Source: Bacteroidia bacterium
Lineage (GTDB): Bacteria; Bacteroidota; Bacteroidia; NS11-12g; UBA9320
Assembly: GCA_965216465.1 (NCBI GenBank)
Contig: CBDCFW010000003.1
Location: 1 to 64,000 of the forward strand
DNA length: 64,000 nucleotides
Reading direction: 5' to 3'
The notes under the pieces were generated by a model. It saw nothing but the letters and a program-made list of their open reading frames with translations, was not told where the DNA came from and did not search any database. Shown here piece by piece: positions 58,353-64,000 of the stretch (its first letter is position 1; every line of letters begins with the position of its first letter). The translations under genes were made by a program, and so were the position numbers.

Positions 58353-58628
58353 TCAAGAAATAAAAGTTGCTAGTACTCCTAATGTTAGCAATACAATTGC
58401 AACTTCAAGTGCAATTTTTGTACGTTTGGAATATTGAGATTTTCTTATAAATAAATCAATCAACCATAGAAAAATCCCTAAAGCTATGTACACGTGAACG
58501 AGGTAAGTTGCCCAAGCTCCCATTACTATTTCTATTAGCATCCAAAGCCCATAGAGCACTAGCAGTAAAGATAATAATGAAAGTGGGGATTGATAGAATT
58601 TCCTGTAATCGTTAAGCTTTCTTTTCAT
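58353..58628 (-). CDS. Small membrane protein
   Basis: Three TM segments. Confidence 0.6.
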   Translation of the reverse strand: MKRKLNDYRKFYQSPLSLLSLLLVLYGLWMLIEIVMGAWATYLVHVYIALGIFLWLIDLFIRKSQYSKRTKIALEVAIVLLTLGVLATFIS

Positions 58629-59033
58629 ATTCTATGATTCTGGAGCGTTTTTTATTTCAATAAAGTCAATTCGCACCCAAAATGGAACGGTAATGTGCAA
58701 ATATATTCCATGTTTTACGCTCAACATTCGATTTATTCCCAGTTTGTTCGTTGAGGTCGCAGATTGCGTAGTTCTAATGTAGTAGCTGGAGGTTGTACTG
58801 CCGAAACCTCAATAGATTAGGTAGTTTATATTGACTTAGGTCCATTGAAATTGCGGTAGCTTAGACGAAATGTTGATATCTACAGATCTAACGTTCGGTT
58901 TGTTCAACGTTACAACAGAGGCTCTTAATTGCTGTCAATAGAGTTTTAGTCTTACATATGCATAAAACAGAATATATTAAGTCTATGAAAGCGTGTCATT
59001 AAAGTGTAGGCCCTCAGTCGGAACAATATAACT

Positions 59034-59068
59034 AAAAAAGCCTGCCAATCTTCTGATTAACAGGCTTT
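59034..59068 (-). terminator. Terminator after tRNA-Leu
   Basis: AAAGCCTG...CAGGCTTTTTT on the minus strand. Confidence 0.6.
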
Positions 59069-59084
59069 AATGATTTAACTCATG

Positions 59085-59168
59085 TGCTCCGGGCGGGACT
59101 TGAACCCGCACGGCCCAAAGGCCACAGGATTTTAAGTCCTGCGTGTCTACCAATTCCACCACCAGAGC
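59085..59168 (-). tRNA. tRNA-Leu (UAA)
   Basis: GCTCTGG/CCGGAGC acceptor stem, CTTAAAA anticodon loop, long variable arm, GGTTCAAGTCC. Confidence 0.95.
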
Positions 59169-59221
59169 CTCTCCGGACCGTAAGCGTCCGGAAATAAAAA
59201 AAGGGGAACCCCCTTTTTTAG

Positions 59222-59294
59222 AGCGAAAGACGAGATTCGAACTCGCGACCCTCACCTTGGCAAGGTGATGCTCTACCAGCTGAGCTACTTTCGC
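59222..59294 (-). tRNA. tRNA-Gly (GCC)
   Basis: GCGAAAG/CTTTCGC acceptor stem, TTGCCAA anticodon loop, GTTCGAATC. Confidence 0.95.
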
Positions 59295-59376
59295 TTATTG
59301 GTTATTTAAAGAACGTTTTTTCCTTTAAAAGCGGGTGCAAAAATAATAGGTTAATCAACTATTGCAAACCTAGCTT

Positions 59377-59985
59377 TTAATTATTTTTAATAAATTTTAT
59401 AAAATACTCCGAACCCTGTCGCGGTCCAATACTATTTCTGCAGTCTTCCAACTTTGCAATATCAAATTTGCCCTCAAAAAGACGACGGTATTCCGCTTCA
59501 CTTCCCCCAAAAGGAGGGCCATCAAACTTCTCAAAATTAAACATCACCCCAGCCAGTATACCTCCCGGTTTAAGCACCTCCGACATCTTCTTTACATATT
59601 CGGGACGCAGTTTGGGATCTAAAGCACAGAAAAAAGTTTGCTCCAATATTAAATCAAATTGCTGATCTAGCTTAAAGAAGTCGCCCACTAAGTAATGATC
59701 TTCAGGGAAATCCTCAACTCGGTTTAAGAAATTACCTTTAGCTAAGTTCGATAAATCCATGCCGTAAACTTGCTTGTATCCCTTCTTCCATAAATCTTCC
59801 ATCTCGTAGCCGTTACCGAGTCCAGGAATTAAAATTTTAGCGTCTTTTGACACGCCAGATAATACGAATTCAATTAAAGCAGGATTTGAGTAACCGATGT
59901 CCCAACCCGTTTGCTCGGTCTCATAACGTTGATTCCAGTAGTCTGCGTTTAACTTAGTGATCAACTCCACCTTTTTTTGGTCCAT
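59377..59985 (-). CDS. Thiopurine S-methyltransferase-family SAM methyltransferase
   Basis: YW..RY...TGWD.G, LIPG.G.G.E, EQTFFCAL, GPPFG. Confidence 0.85.
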   Translation of the reverse strand: MDQKKVELITKLNADYWNQRYETEQTGWDIGYSNPALIEFVLSGVSKDAKILIPGLGNGYEMEDLWKKGYKQVYGMDLSNLAKGNFLNRVEDFPEDHYLVGDFFKLDQQFDLILEQTFFCALDPKLRPEYVKKMSEVLKPGGILAGVMFNFEKFDGPPFGGSEAEYRRLFEGKFDIAKLEDCRNSIGPRQGSEYFIKFIKNN

Positions 59986-60862
59986 CCGATTTTATTTCCA
60001 AAGGCTTTTTCTTTACCGGCTCTGGAGCGGTAGTCGGTTCAGGTTTCTTGTCCGAAATTTGATCACTCGGAGCTGGACTGGTATCTCGATATCTTGTATT
60101 TCTAGGTTCAGGAGATGTGGTTTCAGCATTAATCGGACGATTGTAATGCTTGAACAACTCAAATCGTACACCTAAATTTATCAAAAGAATGTCGGTCTTT
60201 ACAGTTGAGTAGTTGTAATACACTTCATTGCCTCCGGTAGACTGTGTAACATCTTTTAAAGGCTGTGCCGCACCAATATCACCAAAGGTGTAGGTCACAC
60301 TGCTCTCTAATGAAACATTGTCGCTCATTCTGTAAGAGAGACCAACACTGCCACCATAATGCATGCGTTGCGTATGAACGATTCGGTTATCGTACGTGAC
60401 ACTCTCTAAGTCAGGATTTAATTCTGGATTATTAGCGGTCAATGTATTGTTCGTTGAATAATTGCGATGCCCAAACAACAAACTCGCATATGGAATTACT
60501 TTTCTATCTAAGCCAAAATTCACCCTTCCTTCTAAGAACAAACCGTACATGTTGTTATGAACTTTTAGCGTGCCATCATCCGGAACAGGCGTGGCCAGTG
60601 CAACGTCAAAAGACTTTGATTGCATATTGGCAAAGTCCATGCGAACACCCAATTGAAAGTTATTTTGTGATTTGTAGGGGAATCTTCGCGATAAATAGGA
60701 CAGGTTAAGTCCAATTCCCTCGTCATATTCAATGTCTTTTAACTCGCTTTGTGGACACGCAGCATGTAAGCCAATGCCCAAATTTCCACGATTAACGGAG
60801 GTTTGTGCATACGAAACGGTGGTTAATCCGCTGATGCACAGTGCAAGTAGTAACTTCTTCAT
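59954..60862 (-). CDS. Outer-membrane beta-barrel protein with Pro-rich tail
   Basis: Signal peptide; amphipathic beta strands (PYASLLFG, GGSVGLSY, NLGVRF). Confidence 0.65.
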   Translation of the reverse strand: MKKLLLALCISGLTTVSYAQTSVNRGNLGIGLHAACPQSELKDIEYDEGIGLNLSYLSRRFPYKSQNNFQLGVRMDFANMQSKSFDVALATPVPDDGTLKVHNNMYGLFLEGRVNFGLDRKVIPYASLLFGHRNYSTNNTLTANNPELNPDLESVTYDNRIVHTQRMHYGGSVGLSYRMSDNVSLESSVTYTFGDIGAAQPLKDVTQSTGGNEVYYNYSTVKTDILLINLGVRFELFKHYNRPINAETTSPEPRNTRYRDTSPAPSDQISDKKPEPTTAPEPVKKKPLEIKSDGPKKGGVDH

Positions 60863-60890
60863 ATTCCTAAGATATTCAAATATAATACCA

Positions 60891-61217
60891 CTATTTCAAT
60901 TTGGGGTTGGATTGATGCCTATCTGCATCGCGAACTGACTTTTTCTTGAGGTTGTCCAACAACGATTGTTGAAGGTCAATTTCGCATTGATTGGCAAGGC
61001 AGAGCAGAACAAAAAGCACATCAGCCATCTCATCACCTAAGTCAACAGCTTTGTCTGATTCTTTGTACGACTGCTCACCATATTTACGCGACATGATTCG
61101 CGCTACTTCACCAACTTCCTCCATTAAAATGGCGGTGTTGGTTAGCTCGTTAAAATACCTAACGCCGGTGGTGTTAATCCACTGATCGACGGTGACTTGT
61201 GCCTCTGAAATTGTCAT
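60891..61217 (-). CDS. MazG-like nucleotide pyrophosphohydrolase
   Basis: EEVGEVAR...GEQS.K...E.ADVLF..CLANQ. Confidence 0.88.
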   Translation of the reverse strand: MTISEAQVTVDQWINTTGVRYFNELTNTAILMEEVGEVARIMSRKYGEQSYKESDKAVDLGDEMADVLFVLLCLANQCEIDLQQSLLDNLKKKSVRDADRHQSNPKLK

Positions 61218-61274
61218 AGGCAAATATCGAAATATAATTGAAAATTGGCATTACGAGAGTGGATAAACCCCCTT

Positions 61275-61318
61275 ATTAACCCGAGCATTAACTCGAGCAT
61301 TAACCCGAGCATTAACCC
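61275..61318. repeat. 12-bp tandem repeat ATTAACYCGAGC, ~3.7 copies
   Basis: ATTAACCCGAGC ATTAACTCGAGC ATTAACCCGAGC ATTAACCC. Confidence 0.85.
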
Positions 61319-61323
61319 CCCCC

Positions 61324-63764
61324 TTAGAAGCTCCAGGTGTTTTTGTTTTGGTTATACGGCTCAATTGAGAATTTGAAACCACTTCTAAAGCCTTGGTTGG
61401 TTGATTGAGATACTACGTAGTATATACCCAATCGCAGTCTTTCTTTACCAATCTTGAAAATACGATTCACGCCACCAAACAGTTCACCGTATTGGTAGTT
61501 GCGTTCTGGAACCCAAAGGTAGCCACCGCCTGCCATGGTTTTGATTTCCAACTGTTTAATGCCAGGAATCTTACTGGTTATAAATCCATTGAACTGATGC
61601 ACATAATGCGATTCTAAGAATCCACTAAAAACAGGGAAGGTGCTGTCTATCAGCTGATATCCAAACATAGGAGGGAGGAAGAAGTAAGGATCTCCTCCGC
61701 GTTGGTATCGGTAATCCATTACCCGCAAGAGCGAGGTATCTAAAAAGTTCCATAGGTAACGTTGTATTCCGACGTCCCCATAATTCCTACATTAAACAGC
61801 TGACGCACAGATAATTCTAGTCTCGAGTACTTGGTGCTTGAACCTCCAACTCCTGGAATAGCCTGCTTGTACAGCAACCCAAAGGTTGGATACTTACTTC
61901 CAATTACAATCTTTTCTTTTGGCTCTTGAATGTAAAGCTGTTTAGGGGTGTAGGTAATGCCTAAAGTACCTTCAAACGTGGAGTGGTCATCAAAAAGCGT
62001 AGGTTTATTGTCTAAAAAGAAAGAATCTCCCGAAGGTGCAAATTCAAAGTCTCCTAAGTCTCTTCGTTGCAGGTATTGACCTCCTGTTGTAAGGTAAAAG
62101 CCATTAAACAACTCGGTGGTATGATAGAGGTATACATGAGATTGTTCAAAGAAGTTACTGCGGCGAAAAACATCAGCAAACGTTGCAAAATTATTTACAA
62201 AGTCGAAGTATCGGCCTGCGTTGAACCTGATGTATGATAGCTTTTTGGGATTGTACTTGTAGTTGACACTCAGGTTTCCTTTAATGTCACCGTTCCGGAA
62301 TCCATAGTTTAAAAATGGCGACACGTTAATGGTTCGCCTCGTGCTGTCGAACTTCTTGAAGTAGTTAAACGAGTAACGCACCCGCCATCCACCTATGGCT
62401 AAAGGATCTATTAACGAAACTGCTGGATTAAAATCCCAGTTAACTTTTTTGTCGCGATTGATATATCCAAAACCGGTCCATAAAAGTTTTAATGGGGTAA
62501 TACGGTTGGCAATTGAGTCAATAGAGTCTAAGTAATGCTCAGATGTAATAATGCGGTATATACTGTCCTTATATTCAATAAACTCACGCTCTTTATCTGT
62601 TAAAGGTACAGGTCGAATTTCAGCCCAAAACGAAGTGTCTTTTTCGTAGGCATCTTCTTTGGTAACGCCAATTTCAGCATTGAAAAACTTCTTAGAATAG
62701 GTAGAGTCAAACACATAATTATCGTATTTGGCAATGCAGTTTCCGATAGCAGTGCTTTTTCCTGTCTTTATTTTCCAATCAAACTCTTGATGCTCTAAAA
62801 CCCATTTTGACTGTTCGAACATATACTCTTGTTTGATGTTGAATTTGTCGTAAACAATCAATGAATTCTTACTCACCGATAGGTCAACACTCTTAAGGAT
62901 AAATAGGCTGTCCCATACTTCAATGGTTCCACTAAACAAAGCATTTCCAAGCTTTCGGGGGCTAACTTTTATGGTATAGACCTTTAGCTCGTTTTCGTAA
63001 CGAGACCCTAAAAGTTTGAATTTGTAGCCCATTATAGCATTGTTGCTCAAGGGTGAGATGTAAGAATTGTCTCCCAAGTCGCGCACAACAATTAGATTTT
63101 GAAGAAAATCAAAATCAACCGTAGTCGTGGTTCGCATGAACAAACTGCGTTGGTTTCCAAGCTTTTTTGCGGCAATTTTTTCCTCCTTGATTTTATTCGG
63201 CATGCTGCGATGTTGCACAAAGTCAGCTTCAAACAGATTTAAGTTTGGTACGCTATCATTCGCAAATGGGTCTTCGTCTTCGTCTTTGTCTTTTTTTGGT
63301 TTGTCGGTTTTAACAACAATGTTTTCTTCTACACTCTTAACATAAATATCGCACTTCTGGGTTTGAAATTGATTCCGATATTTTTCCTTGTTTTCGATTA
63401 CCTTTTTTAAAATTTCATAAGAATAATCGCGGCGTTTATTCGAAACCTCAACGGCTTCAATCTCCTCATCTTTAGGCACTAAGGTTACGTTGAGGACTGT
63501 TTTTTTGGTGAAGACCTGTTCGATAGTCTTGGTTTCGTACCCAACATAAGTGAAATGAAGCCTGTTTAATCCTTCAGGTAATAGCAACTCGTATTGACCT
63601 TTGTCGTTCGTAACCGCACCGCCGCCTGTGTTTTGAACTCGAATAATGGCTCCTATAATGGGTTCTCCTGCTTGATCAACTACATATCCTTGAACAAGGT
63701 GCACATCTTGTGCTTGGATGGCAAGTGAGCAAAAAATCAGCAGTATAGTAAACAGTTTCTTCAA
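61324..63764 (-). CDS. CarboxypepD_reg-like + DUF5686-type outer-membrane protein, split by a frameshift at the A5 run 61742-61746
   Basis: G.V.D..GEP.IGA...TN..G.Y...YVGY N-terminal domain; one extra T gives ...GTFLDTSLLRVMDY, joining ORF 61324..61728. Confidence 0.75.
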
Positions 63765-63929
63765 GTTAATATGATTCTAACGACCAGTTAGATAATATGT
63801 TACAATGGTAAAGGCAAAATGGATAATTTTTTAACTATTTCGATAAAATGAGATGTTATCCAGTTGTTGGTGAATTGTGGTCCAAAAAATAAATGACCAA
63901 TCCAACTAAAAGCTACATTTGCAAGCTGA

Positions 63930-64000
63930 ATGAAGAAGGTAATTCTGTTGATTTTAGACGGCTGGGGAATTGGTAAAAATGACCATTCCGATGCCATATT
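63930..64000 (+). CDS. gpmI: 2,3-BPG-independent phosphoglycerate mutase, N-terminus (partial)
   Basis: MKKVILLILDGWGIGKNDHSDAI; TACATTTG -7 element at 63914-63921. Confidence 0.85.
   Translation, partial: MKKVILLILDGWGIGKNDHSDAI

Noticed and set aside
52341-59080. Integron or prophage/ICE at tRNA-Leu
   Set aside because: No integrase, no attC-like repeats between genes and no duplicated tRNA 3' end found by eye.
59067-59255. 62-aa ORF
   Set aside because: Overlaps tRNA-Leu and tRNA-Gly.
102-63345. Numerous 60-130-aa ORFs antisense or out of frame within long genes
   Set aside because: Shadow ORFs with no motifs, overlapping well-supported CDSs; 102..305 is a fragment of the frameshifted atoE.
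63800-63997. 65-aa minus-strand ORF
   Set aside because: Antisense to the clear gpmI N-terminus and its promoter.

Overview
Chromosomal window of a Bacteroidota bacterium (SusC/SusD, T9SS C-terminal domains, PorX, lpxC-fabZ fusion, TAnnTTTG promoters). (1) 1-22.3 kb: a starch/maltodextrin utilisation locus with three GH13 enzymes, GH65 phosphorylase, beta-PGM, a sugar kinase, an MFS transporter and SusCDE. It has four palindromic operators of an NrtR-family repressor and is interrupted by an unrelated GH16/tail-fibre-like gene pair. (2) 22.3-42.5 kb: housekeeping genes (lpxB, surE, recN, murF, lpxA/C-fabZ/D, HD-porX-tsaE, etc.). (3) 42.5-50.1 kb, the most interesting part: a self-contained signalling island. 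It holds a small cytoplasmic protein, a polytopic membrane protein, a one-TM histidine kinase and two GacA/UvrY-like regulators. Five copies of an asymmetric 20-bp box (AAAATCAAYRATTTACTACA) lie 28-29 nt upstream of -7 promoter elements. Two boxes drive unannotated tandem hairpin sRNAs, one complementary to the start-codon region of the adjacent regulator. The other boxes drive that regulator, two small ORFs and a dockerin-like/T9SS secreted pair. This looks like an undescribed Gac/Rsm- or Qrr-like circuit in Bacteroidota (inference). (4) 52.4-59 kb: a patchwork of short accessory, immunity-like genes beside tRNA-Leu/tRNA-Gly. (5) 59.4-64 kb: housekeeping genes ending in the start of gpmI. Several homopolymer frameshifts probably reflect long-read assembly errors. 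All family calls come from motif recognition by eye; no database searches were run.
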